DNA of 54,562 nt from positions 1 to 54,562 of the IMG/VR virus record IMGVR_UViG_2568526722_000002. One strand, given 5' to 3'. Of the stretch, positions 35,635 to 43,047 are shown in pieces. The translations under genes and the position numbers were made by a program. The notes under the pieces are model-generated. The model saw only the letters and a program-made list of their open reading frames with translations. It was not told where the DNA came from and made no database searches. Every line of letters starts with the position of its first letter. The stretch's first letter is position 1. The DNA comes from a virus. Lineage: Duplodnaviria > Heunggongvirae > Uroviricota > Caudoviricetes.

Positions 35635-35782
35635 GGGACATTACCTGGGACATTTTTAGGGATGGGACATTTACCTGGGACATTTTTGCAATGTCCCACA
35701 TGAATGTCCCACTGGAATAAATGGAATAATCCGTGCTGGCTCTGGCGTGGCTGGCGATCCCTTGGGGTGGGACATGGGACAC
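35633..35782. repeat. array of eight GGGACAT motifs (six direct, two inverted) at or upstream of the small-terminase start: putative terminase-binding (cosB/pac-like) region
   Basis: Direct copies at 35635, 35647, 35664, 35677, 35769 and 35776. Inverted copies at 35691 and 35704. Includes a two-fold tandem GGGACATT(T)ACCTGGGACATTTTT. Confidence 0.6.
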
Positions 35783-35872
35783 AAAATAAAAGTTTGTAGC
35801 TAGGAAAACACTGCGGTGCGCAATGCCCGTGCCTTACAAAAGGCTCAGGAAGGACCCAAAACCCCTGGGGGG

Positions 35873-36526
35873 CTATCTGGCCGAGCTGATCGCCTCAGCA
35901 ATCGCCTGGTGCAGCGCTGAGGGTAACAATGCGTTGGCCATGGTGTTTGCCCTGTCCATATAGCCGAGCGTTGGTTTGACTGGAAGCGAGTCTCCAAACC
36001 GAATGAGCAATTTTGGTGCAGGTTGCTTAATCTTGTCTCTGCGCGTGCCGTTCGGAGAACGTTTTGCCCGTTTCTTCCCTTTTTTGGTTTTCGGCTTTTT
36101 TCTCTGCCACACGGCATTCACGCCACCAACGTCACCAATAAATACGTTTGGCTTTGCTTTGAGCTGAGAGAGCTTATTACGCGGCAGGTTGCCGTATTTA
36201 TTAAGCTTTATGTCTTTCGGGTTAAGCAAAGCACTACCATTAAGCTTGTGCTCTCCGCCGAACTCGAAGGGTTCAAGGTAACCAGCAGCAGTATCACGAA
36301 CAAACACCTTCGCACGAAGGCTGTTTTTCCTGGCACCAACTGACCCAACCGATTTAACTGTAAAAGGTGTTGGATTATCCAGATTCCGCTCAAATGCTGT
36401 TTTTTGGGCCGCTTCTATCTGGCGAACCACTTTAGTCATAGCCTGGGCAGTCGCAAACGGTATTTGCTTCTGCAGCTGTCTTAACTGACTGGAAAGGTCC
36501 TTAAGCGTTGCCATATCATTGACCAC
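35873..36526 (-). CDS. hypothetical protein with a basic KKPKTKKGKKRAKR patch
   Basis: 217-aa ORF between the lysis cassette and the cos-like region. The start could be 36526 or 36514. Confidence 0.55.
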   Translation of the reverse strand: MVNDMATLKDLSSQLRQLQKQIPFATAQAMTKVVRQIEAAQKTAFERNLDNPTPFTVKSVGSVGARKNSLRAKVFVRDTAAGYLEPFEFGGEHKLNGSALLNPKDIKLNKYGNLPRNKLSQLKAKPNVFIGDVGGVNAVWQRKKPKTKKGKKRAKRSPNGTRRDKIKQPAPKLLIRFGDSLPVKPTLGYMDRANTMANALLPSALHQAIAEAISSAR

Positions 36527-36570
36527 CTAGTTACAGTAATTAAGATCAGTTTGCTCATAAAGTTGACAAT

Positions 36571-36592
36571 AAAAAACCGCCCGTAGGCGGTT
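36571..36592 (-). terminator. intrinsic terminator
   Basis: Minus-strand read: AACCGCC tacg GGCGGTT followed by TTTTTT. The stem overlaps the stop codon of the 36591-36995 gene. Confidence 0.75.
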
Positions 36593-36995
36593 AGTCGAAC
36601 ATTTTATCAAGTTGCTTAGCTAGAGCTCGGTTAAACAGCTCCTTCGAAACTGTCATCAGCGTGCCCATACTGGCATCTTTGAATCCGGTTTTTAATGTTG
36701 CCCAAACCTCTTTGTTACGGAGAGCATCCAAGAAGTCATGCCCCATCGCGGTCAATCGCAAGGGCATTACAGCCCAGTGAGTCATTCCGTCTAAAGACTG
36801 AATAGCACCAAAGCCGGGCTCCCCATCACTCCTGATAATCAGCCCTCTATCCTCAAGCAAACGCATATGAAACACAAATGTGTCAGTTTCACAATTGAAC
36901 CCTAAATCCTTTAATCGAATAATATCGGTATCAGGTGAATCCGATGCCTCGAAAGCCTCGAGCAAACCTTTAAGGTATTCTTGATCTATTTGCAT
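36591..36995 (-). CDS. DUF2513-like winged-helix protein
   Basis: 134 aa. MQIDQEYLKGLLEAFEAS... matches the general DUF2513 pattern as I recall it. Confidence 0.5.
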   Translation of the reverse strand: MQIDQEYLKGLLEAFEASDSPDTDIIRLKDLGFNCETDTFVFHMRLLEDRGLIIRSDGEPGFGAIQSLDGMTHWAVMPLRLTAMGHDFLDALRNKEVWATLKTGFKDASMGTLMTVSKELFNRALAKQLDKMFD

Positions 36996-37027
36996 AACCC
37001 CTCCGTATGTAAAAGGTTAATTTAACA

Positions 37028-37498
37028 TCAATTTAAGCACTGCTCTTTGATGTATTCCTGCAAATATCCAACCTGTTTCGTCACTGTGACGATTCGCTCT
37101 CTGAGGGTGAAATAATCCCGTTCAGCGGAGTCAGTAAGTCGGGGGCCGGTAACATCGCCCAGGCCGCCGGTGCTGGTCGTTCCGTTCGCGGGACAGTTTG
37201 CGTTGAGCTGCAGCCGCTTACGGCCAGCAATGACATCGCTATGCAGACGCTCAATGGTTTCTTTCGCATCAGCCAGTTCTCCGGTGTATTTGGCATCCAG
37301 TGCAGCGACATCACGCTGGCGGGTCTGCATGTCTTTAATGGTGGCGGTCGCCAGGAGGAGTTTCTCAGTGGCCTTATCGCGCTGGTCTCTGTAAGTGATG
37401 GCGTTGTCGCGGTAGTGGTTCACGAAGAAAGCCAGTGCGCCGATTAACGCCAGCACCAGCAACTGCAGCCAGTAACGCTTAACCAGTGCGCTAATCAT
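37028..37498 (-). CDS. rz: i-spanin (Rz-like)
   Basis: 156 aa with an N-terminal TM segment and coiled coil. An embedded lipoprotein ORF is present. Confidence 0.8.
   Translation of the reverse strand: MISALVKRYWLQLLVLALIGALAFFVNHYRDNAITYRDQRDKATEKLLLATATIKDMQTRQRDVAALDAKYTGELADAKETIERLHSDVIAGRKRLQLNANCPANGTTSTGGLGDVTGPRLTDSAERDYFTLRERIVTVTKQVGYLQEYIKEQCLN
37081..37269 (-). CDS. rz1: o-spanin (Rz1-like lipoprotein) embedded in the +1 frame
   Basis: [22 protein letters not shown]... contains a lipobox (AVSGC) and a Pro-rich mature part. Confidence 0.75.
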   Translation of the reverse strand: MRKKPLSVCIAMSLLAVSGCSSTQTVPRTERPAPAAWAMLPAPDLLTPLNGIISPSESESSQ

Positions 37499-37935
37499 GA
37501 CAGGAACAGAGCTCGCTCTGCCTCCCGCCGACGTGTCAGCCCATTCAGCACCTTCCCACCAGCTTTATTCCAGCGCAGGAACTCATCGGCTGCACCAGCG
37601 TAATCTCCGGCGTTGAGTTTTCGCAGGAGAGTCGATGTCGACAATGACCGCGCACCGAGGTTATACGTGAACGACACCAGGGCATCGAATTGCCCCTGAG
37701 TCAGGCCAACTTTAACCAGTCGTGACACGTCACTTTCGTAACTGACCATTCCTGTCTTCAGCAGGCGTTCTGCCGTTTCCTGCTTAATTGTCATCCCGGC
37801 ACGGATTGGTTTCCCGTCGACGGGCTGAGTCCAGCCATAACCGATCGTCCAAACGCCGACGCTGTCCTGATAGGCAGTGAGCTTGCAACCTTCGAACTCT
37901 TTGATCAGGGCAATGCCTTTATCACTGGTTTGCAT
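37495..37935 (-). CDS. endolysin, GH24 lysozyme
   Basis: ...[30 protein letters not shown]... (catalytic E-D-T pattern). Confidence 0.9.
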   Translation of the reverse strand: MQTSDKGIALIKEFEGCKLTAYQDSVGVWTIGYGWTQPVDGKPIRAGMTIKQETAERLLKTGMVSYESDVSRLVKVGLTQGQFDALVSFTYNLGARSLSTSTLLRKLNAGDYAGAADEFLRWNKAGGKVLNGLTRRREAERALFLS

Positions 37936-38239
37936 TCTTCATCCCCGTCAAGCGTTCCCAGAAATAGGTCAGAGCCACTGAACCCATCGCCCCGCTAATG
38001 CCGGACGTGACAAGGATCATGTGAAAACTCAACCCACTCTCCACGCTTATCAACCCGCCAATCAAACCGGTAAAGCCGGAGACAGCGATCTGTGCCAGCG
38101 CGTTTATCCAGCTCCATGTCGCTTTATTCTGCTTTACGTCGATCAGGTAGCGAACTAAACCGCCCCAGCATGCAATGCCGAGCAGGACTAACCAGGACAG
38201 GCCTACAATTTTGTGGTCGTCATTCATACGCTTTGCCAT
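37922..38239 (-). CDS. holin
   Basis: Start at MAKRMNDDHK with GGAGGTG SD. 105 aa with multiple TM segments. The longer ORF-track version runs through the two terminators. Confidence 0.75.
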   Translation of the reverse strand: MAKRMNDDHKIVGLSWLVLLGIACWGGLVRYLIDVKQNKATWSWINALAQIAVSGFTGLIGGLISVESGLSFHMILVTSGISGAMGSVALTYFWERLTGMKNANQ

Positions 38240-38314
38240 ATCACCTCCGAAGGAACGGGGTGCTGTTTGTGTAGAGTGGAAGGATGCCAGGAAACAACGA
38301 CCGGACATCGCAAA

Positions 38315-38338
38315 TAAAAAAGCCAGCGACAGGCTGGC
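38315..38338 (-). terminator. intrinsic terminator (late leader, distal)
   Basis: Minus-strand read: GCCAGC ctgtc GCTGGC followed by TTTTTTATTTGC. Confidence 0.7.
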
Positions 38339-38414
38339 AATGTGAGGGTAAGGCAATGTCGGCTCTCTGGCCGAAGGGTCCCAGGTAGTGGGTTCTGTGT
38401 GCTGCGTACCGCAA

Positions 38415-38442
38415 ATAAAAAAGCCCCGCACGATGGCGAGGC
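38415..38442 (-). terminator. intrinsic terminator (tR'-like, proximal to Q)
   Basis: Minus-strand read: GCCTCGC catcgt GCGGGGC followed by TTTTTTATTTGC (one G-U pair). Confidence 0.7.
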
Positions 38443-38508
38443 TCTTAATTCTTTGTCGACCTACGAAGCTATGGCGACGATATCAGATTTACATGAAATA
38501 TATGCGTT

Positions 38509-39198
38509 TCAATCCAGTTTTGCAAGACTTGAGTCTAAATTTGTCGCCTTTTGTTGTGAACGTGATCGCGTAACCTGCAATAAAGCCCCGCTATCCAGTC
38601 GCAGGAAGATGCTGCGCATCTCAACCCAGCGGTCAGTAAAGGTCTCTGACCAGTTTTTTGGCGTTACGCCAACCAGCGACGCCAGCGCCTGATATTCGTA
38701 CGTCTCACGCCCTGCCAGCTCTGCTTTCACGTCCTGAGCCGCGAGCCAGACAAGCTTCTTCAGGCGCTCCATCGTTTTGCCGGCCACCTTCTTCGCGCCG
38801 AGCTGCTCCCGGAACTCTGCCCACGCCCATTGAGTGATTTCCACCTGATAGCACCAGCGCACGTTCTCGCTATAGTTCCATAGCAGCCACGCTTTCTGGT
38901 GTTCTTCGAGTGACATCAGTGCGCGGCGCCACGATGCGCTGGAGTATTCAACCGGCTGCACCAGGGGAATATGCGAACCCTTGGTATGCGACTGCTTGCC
39001 CGGTATTGGCGGGTTATCCAGCGTAATCATTTCCCCGGTCACTTCATCCAGCACTCGAGGCTTTTTACGTTTAAACGTTCCCGTATCGAACTGCGCGTTT
39101 TCAAGCCACGCCATCAACTGCCCTTTCGTCGCACCACTTAAATCGGCGGTGGCCACCATCAACTGCTGGCGCACGTATTCGAGAAATTGAGTATTCAT
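38509..39198 (-). CDS. late antiterminator Q-like protein
   Basis: 229 aa from MNTQFLEYV. Position is upstream of tandem terminators and the lysis genes. The family assignment is from memory of Q proteins of 21/82-type phages. Confidence 0.65.
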   Translation of the reverse strand: MNTQFLEYVRQQLMVATADLSGATKGQLMAWLENAQFDTGTFKRKKPRVLDEVTGEMITLDNPPIPGKQSHTKGSHIPLVQPVEYSSASWRRALMSLEEHQKAWLLWNYSENVRWCYQVEITQWAWAEFREQLGAKKVAGKTMERLKKLVWLAAQDVKAELAGRETYEYQALASLVGVTPKNWSETFTDRWVEMRSIFLRLDSGALLQVTRSRSQQKATNLDSSLAKLD

Positions 39199-39328
39199 AC
39201 TGCACCGCCTATGGTTTTGATGTAGTTCTTCAGTATTCGGTAATCCGTCAGCACAGAGCCCGGAAAGTGGTATAAGCGCAATCGTTGCCAACGAACGCGG
39301 AGGTGATCGGCAAAATAGGATTCGAATG

Positions 39329-39940
39329 TCATGCTGCCTCCTGCTTTTTCAGCGCGCGCAGGTCAGCCAGCGCGGTCAGTCTGATTTCCTTCAGTTCTTC
39401 AATAGTCCAACGATGCGGAGCGTTATTGTTCTCGAGCGCTAGTACCAGCTCTTCGCCATAACGTTCCACCAGCGCGGCTCGGTATGCTTCGATATTCCCG
39501 GATTTGTAGACGTTGCAGACATCACACTGAAGATGGATGTTGAAGCGAGTGAAGCGCAGATGCCCAGCGGCTGCCGTAGTCCGATAATGGCCAGCATGCC
39601 AGGCGAACGCCGTTTTAGTTCCGCAGGAAATACAGCCCCGCCCCTCCGCCAACTCCGTCTCGCGGCAAATGTCATTTACGGCACGCTGCGTCAGGTCAAT
39701 CCAGTGCTTCAGCGGCTTAACTGCAGCTTTACGCTGGCGCCAGGCTGCACGTTCTTTCTTCTCAGTGGCGCGCTGCTTGGCAGACTCTTTGCGTTGTGCA
39801 GCCTCCCGGGCTTTTCTGGTCTGCTCTTTCCCGACGGCGCTGGCGCACTCATAACCGCAGACGGTCTGCGTGTCGCGTACTGGATTGAACCACTGGCGGC
39901 ATTCCTTGTTGGCGCACTTCCGGCGCGGTAACTTAGCCAT
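39329..39940 (-). CDS. ninG: NinG/Rap-like recombination endonuclease
   Basis: MAKLPRRKCANKECRQWF...CISCG...HAGHY...CNVYKSGN. The Cys/His pattern and size are typical of NinG. Confidence 0.8.
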   Translation of the reverse strand: MAKLPRRKCANKECRQWFNPVRDTQTVCGYECASAVGKEQTRKAREAAQRKESAKQRATEKKERAAWRQRKAAVKPLKHWIDLTQRAVNDICRETELAEGRGCISCGTKTAFAWHAGHYRTTAAAGHLRFTRFNIHLQCDVCNVYKSGNIEAYRAALVERYGEELVLALENNNAPHRWTIEELKEIRLTALADLRALKKQEAA

Positions 39941-39942
39941 AA

Positions 39943-40152
39943 TCACCCCCAGACCTTTTGTCGAAAGGTTCTTGGTGTACGCGCCGGATGCTCGCATTCA
40001 GGCAATTTTGCGCTGATAGTCCAGGTGATGTTGTCGCGATTCAGGCTACGTTCTACCGTGGCGCCACGACGACGGTAACTGGCCACCAGCTCGTCGGCCT
40101 GATCGGTTGTGCATTCGTGATGGTGGAACCAGGAATATTTCATCGCCATCAC
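39943..40152 (-). CDS. hypothetical Nin-region protein
   Basis: 69-aa ORF tightly packed between its neighbours. Confidence 0.45.
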   Translation of the reverse strand: MMAMKYSWFHHHECTTDQADELVASYRRRGATVERSLNRDNITWTISAKLPECEHPARTPRTFRQKVWG

Positions 40153-40748
40153 CCCGCAAAGCTCATGAGCTGCGATGCGGCGTTTTCCGCTTCACGCTGG
40201 TCCTTGAATGCCCGGGACAATACCCAGCGCCACAGAACATCGAGCGCGGCTTTGTACAGCTGCTGGAACTCGGTTTCGTCCATGTTGGCAAAGGCAATGC
40301 TGCGGGGGTGTTTGCGAAGGGTGCCGTCGGGAAGCTGTATGGCGTCGTAGTGGCCAGACTCGATGATCACCCATGCACGATATGCGTCATAGGATTTGCA
40401 GATGCTGATACTACCGGCGCGCTTATCGGCGATGCGGTCCAGATATTGCTCAGCAGCATCCAGGAGTGCTGCTTCACTTCCCGCGAATGAGGCAAGGAAC
40501 TTGGCATAGCCGGTTACCAGCTTGCGTTCGTTGGAGGAGATTGCCCCGCCGGTGGGTTCCCAGTATTCGAAACCGAGATTGAGTAACGCGAAGAAACGAC
40601 GGTGAAAGGCCGGGTTGCGTACCTGCCGGAACTCAGCCACCAGTACGGAGCCGAGTTTGATTTTTGATTGCAGTAAATCACTGGTCTCCGGCGTAGCGGG
40701 GATCAGGATTCCTGAGGAATGCTTGATGAGTTGTAGTTCGTGCGCCAT
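40149..40748 (-). CDS. DUF1367-like Nin-region protein
   Basis: 199 aa. ...FRQVRNPAFHRRFFALLNLGFEYWEP... pattern. Confidence 0.6.
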   Translation of the reverse strand: MAHELQLIKHSSGILIPATPETSDLLQSKIKLGSVLVAEFRQVRNPAFHRRFFALLNLGFEYWEPTGGAISSNERKLVTGYAKFLASFAGSEAALLDAAEQYLDRIADKRAGSISICKSYDAYRAWVIIESGHYDAIQLPDGTLRKHPRSIAFANMDETEFQQLYKAALDVLWRWVLSRAFKDQREAENAASQLMSFAG

Positions 40749-40782
40749 GGTTTCTCTCCGTGGCGCAGTAGGTTACGGTTGT

Positions 40783-41031
40783 TCAGACCGTTGATTTCAT
40801 ATTATCAGAAGGTGGGGTTACCCGGTAGCCGAGACGGTGAATAAACTGCATAAAACCATTAGGAGTAAAGACCTCTTCATCATCCAGCAAAGGCCGCATA
40901 GAAACCATGCCATTGACGCGATAAATTAGATGCCTGCCCGATGAAGGAAAGCTAAACACCACGCAGCCGTCAGACCTTCTTACAATGTCATACCAGTTGT
41001 CTTCTGACGTTTGCAAAGCTGAATCACTCAC
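40783..41031 (-). CDS. 82-aa protein downstream of the dinI-like gene (candidate antirepressor)
   Basis: GTG start with GGGAGA SD. Same transcription unit as the SOS-box dinI-like gene. Confidence 0.5.
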   Translation of the reverse strand: MSDSALQTSEDNWYDIVRRSDGCVVFSFPSSGRHLIYRVNGMVSMRPLLDDEEVFTPNGFMQFIHRLGYRVTPPSDNMKSTV

Positions 41032-41148
41032 ATTTATGTTCTCCCTTCGAGCGACTAACAGACGCGATTAAAGATTGTCGGCAGCAGCATCAGAGGGTTA
41101 CGCAAATTGCGGTATTCTGAAAAATGCGCGCCAGCCTTAAGCGCAATT

Positions 41149-41382
41149 CTAATAAAACCAGTCGTCAGCGCTTTCCCAGGTATCCTGGAGGATTGATTCA
41201 ATTTTCTTTTTATCGTCCTTGTCACCACCAAAAACACTTAACCCATCGGCCCCGGCACGGCGGATTGTGAGCCTGCAATTGTCATAGTGATCATTCAGGC
41301 GCTTAAGCAGTTCTTTCTCCAATGCTGGTACTGCGCCTTTAGGAAGTTCTTTCATGCGATCAATGGTTAATTCAACTTTCAT
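41149..41382 (-). CDS. DinI-like protein
   Basis: MKVELTIDRMKELPKGAVPALEKELLKRL...KKKIESILQDTWESADDWFY parallels E. coli DinI (...RISEILQETWESADDWF). Confidence 0.85.
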   Translation of the reverse strand: MKVELTIDRMKELPKGAVPALEKELLKRLNDHYDNCRLTIRRAGADGLSVFGGDKDDKKKIESILQDTWESADDWFY

Positions 41383-41400
41383 AATGGCCCCCATTGCATG

Positions 41401-41420
41401 TACTGTGTTTTTATACAGTA
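41401..41420. promoter_or_regulatory. LexA (SOS) box
   Basis: TACTGTGTTTTTATACAGTA has perfect CTGT-N8-ACAG ends. It lies 19 nt upstream of the dinI-like start. Confidence 0.85.
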
Positions 41421-41525
41421 TACCTATGCGCGGAAATGATCAACGTTTTAAGAGCACAAATTGTTAATTTTCTGTCAGTAGTAAAAAAAGAAAACCCGCC
41501 GTAGCGGGTTGAATTAGCGATGTTT

Positions 41526-41600
41526 TATTACGCCGCTATTTGTTTCTGCTGACAAAGCTCCTGTAGGTTAGCCCTAACCAGCGCCTCAGCGAGCTGATGA
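41526..41600 (-). pseudogene. DNA methyltransferase 3'-end remnant, copy 1
   Basis: Minus frame reads ...MLSNHQLAEALVRANLQELCQQKQIAA-stop. About 85% identical over 62 bp to 42119-42183. Confidence 0.5.
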
Positions 41601-41779
41601 TTGGACAGCATTAACGCAATGGGTAATAGAAACCACAGAATGCACGAAATGGCGGTGGTATTCGCCATCTGTGACAGGTTGAATATTGCTCGAATTGTAT
41701 TGTTTGCACTTTAACGTTTCTGTTGTAGTGCCGGATGCATGCCACCGTATGTTCAGGACGATGGCATGCATATTATGGA

Positions 41780-42016
41780 TTACGATTTATCCATTCCCAG
41801 GGGATTAGGGTGAATTCCACTTACATGCCAGAACGCATGCTCTCTATTCAACTGATTTCCCTTTGGTATCAGGAAGCCATACGTCCCAGATTTAAAAGTG
41901 GCATGAGCGCAGATTAGACTTTCTCCTTCAAAGCTATACTCAGTCCCTTCAGGGATTAGAGAGTCAGTCTTGATCAGGTGAACAGTTCCGTTGATAGGGA
42001 TCATGTAATGGTGCAT
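41780..42016 (-). CDS. hypothetical 78-aa moron protein
   Basis: Strong GAGGAG SD. Lies between the two methylase-remnant repeats and is followed by a 10-bp-stem hairpin (ATGCATGCCA/TGGCATGCAT, 41735-41771). Confidence 0.55.
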   Translation of the reverse strand: MHHYMIPINGTVHLIKTDSLIPEGTEYSFEGESLICAHATFKSGTYGFLIPKGNQLNREHAFWHVSGIHPNPLGMDKS

Positions 42017-42120
42017 TTTAGGCTCCTCGTGTTGTGAAGAGCCTAATTATATCAGGTTTGAATCTACGTCATTGAAGTAGCAGGATTTGTTACACCATGT
42101 TCTGAAACTCGGACATTAAG

Positions 42121-42290
42121 CTGCGATCTCTTTCTGCTGACAAAGCTCCGGTAAATTAGCCCTCACCAGTGCCTCGGCGAATGGCGGCGGAACTGCGTTG
42201 CCACAACGCGCAACCTGCTTGTCCTTCGCGTACTTCTGCCCCCGATAGTCCTGATCGATGATGTACCACTCCGGGAAGCCCTGCCAGTTT
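42121..42290 (-). pseudogene. DNA methyltransferase C-terminal fragment, copy 2
   Basis: Minus frame reads ...NWQGFPEWYIIDQDYRGQKYAKDKQVARCGNAVPPPFAEALVRANLPELCQQKEIAA-stop, with a stop just upstream and no N-terminal catalytic part. The ORF-track 42156-42539 is a different frame through the same DNA. Confidence 0.6.
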
Positions 42291-42357
42291 GGCGTTGTTC
42301 AACCCTGGGTTGTTGCGCAGGGCTGCCAGCACCTGCTCACGGATTGTTATGTTCATG

Positions 42358-43047
42358 TCACACCATCCCGTTCGACTTGTTGCGGTTGTACTTGGCCAGC
42401 AGCAGCTGGATCGGCGTCGGCCCTTGCTCGGCAGCTGGTGCGGCAATAGCCCGGCGTACCGGCGGCACTGGCTTACCCTCGGTGACGCGCCTTTCCCACA
42501 TGTCCAGCAGATCGCCTGCCTCGCGTGCCAGTTCACCATGCGTTAACTGGCGCTCGGTGCTGCGGTGGCGCAATTCTACGCAAATGTGGTACATGACCGG
42601 CTGCGACCATGGAAATTGCTCGCTGGAGATGAATTCGAACGAGCGGTTACGCCAGTCCCAGTATTCGGCGATCACCTGGTCAACGTTGACGCCCAGCGCG
42701 CCGCCGCTCTGCTTGCACCAGGCGACGAACTGGCCCGGCGACGGCAGGAATGGGCGCTCCTGGCGGCGGGCAATGCGCATGCCGGCATCGACCTGAGCCA
42801 TGGTGTGGATCCCGTTCTCCTGAAACGCCAGCAGCCACTGACGGCGGAATTCGTTCAGGTCTTCCTGGGTGCGGAAGTTCGCCATGCTGGCCGGGAACGC
42901 GGCGCGCAGCTCGTTGAACAGCTTGTTGAATACCTGCGCCACCTGCTCGACCGGCGCGCACTCCTGGTACTGCTCTGGCAGGTTATGGGCCATGCGGCTC
43001 ATCTGCTCGCGGTCGTGGTTACGCATCTGCTCTGCAAGAGATTTCAT
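42358..43047 (-). CDS. replication protein P-like (helicase loader)
   Basis: 229 aa with an ATGA overlap with the O-like gene. The sequence is lambda-P-like as I recall it. Confidence 0.75.
   Translation of the reverse strand: MKSLAEQMRNHDREQMSRMAHNLPEQYQECAPVEQVAQVFNKLFNELRAAFPASMANFRTQEDLNEFRRQWLLAFQENGIHTMAQVDAGMRIARRQERPFLPSPGQFVAWCKQSGGALGVNVDQVIAEYWDWRNRSFEFISSEQFPWSQPVMYHICVELRHRSTERQLTHGELAREAGDLLDMWERRVTEGKPVPPVRRAIAAPAAEQGPTPIQLLLAKYNRNKSNGMV

Noticed and set aside
35633-35782. Possible CRISPR-like array (GGGACAT repeats)
   Set aside because: The units are only 7-12 bp, irregularly spaced, partly inverted and lack unique spacers. They overlap the terS start. A terminase-binding or regulatory array is far more likely.
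37922-38431. 169-aa version of the holin ORF
   Set aside because: The N-terminal extension runs through two intrinsic terminators and has no SD. The internal MAKRMN start has GGAGGTG.
41586-41771. 61-aa ORF downstream of the 78-aa moron
   Set aside because: It has no SD. Its 5' end is the ATGCATGCCA/TGGCATGCAT hairpin and its 3' end is an out-of-frame read of the methylase remnant.
42156-42539. 127-aa ORF, or its 66-aa MNITIREQ... sub-ORF, as a real gene after P
   Set aside because: The frame crosses a methylase C-terminal remnant out of frame. The product looks like a fusion artefact (Arg/Gly/Ser-rich tail). The region is annotated instead as a pseudogene remnant.
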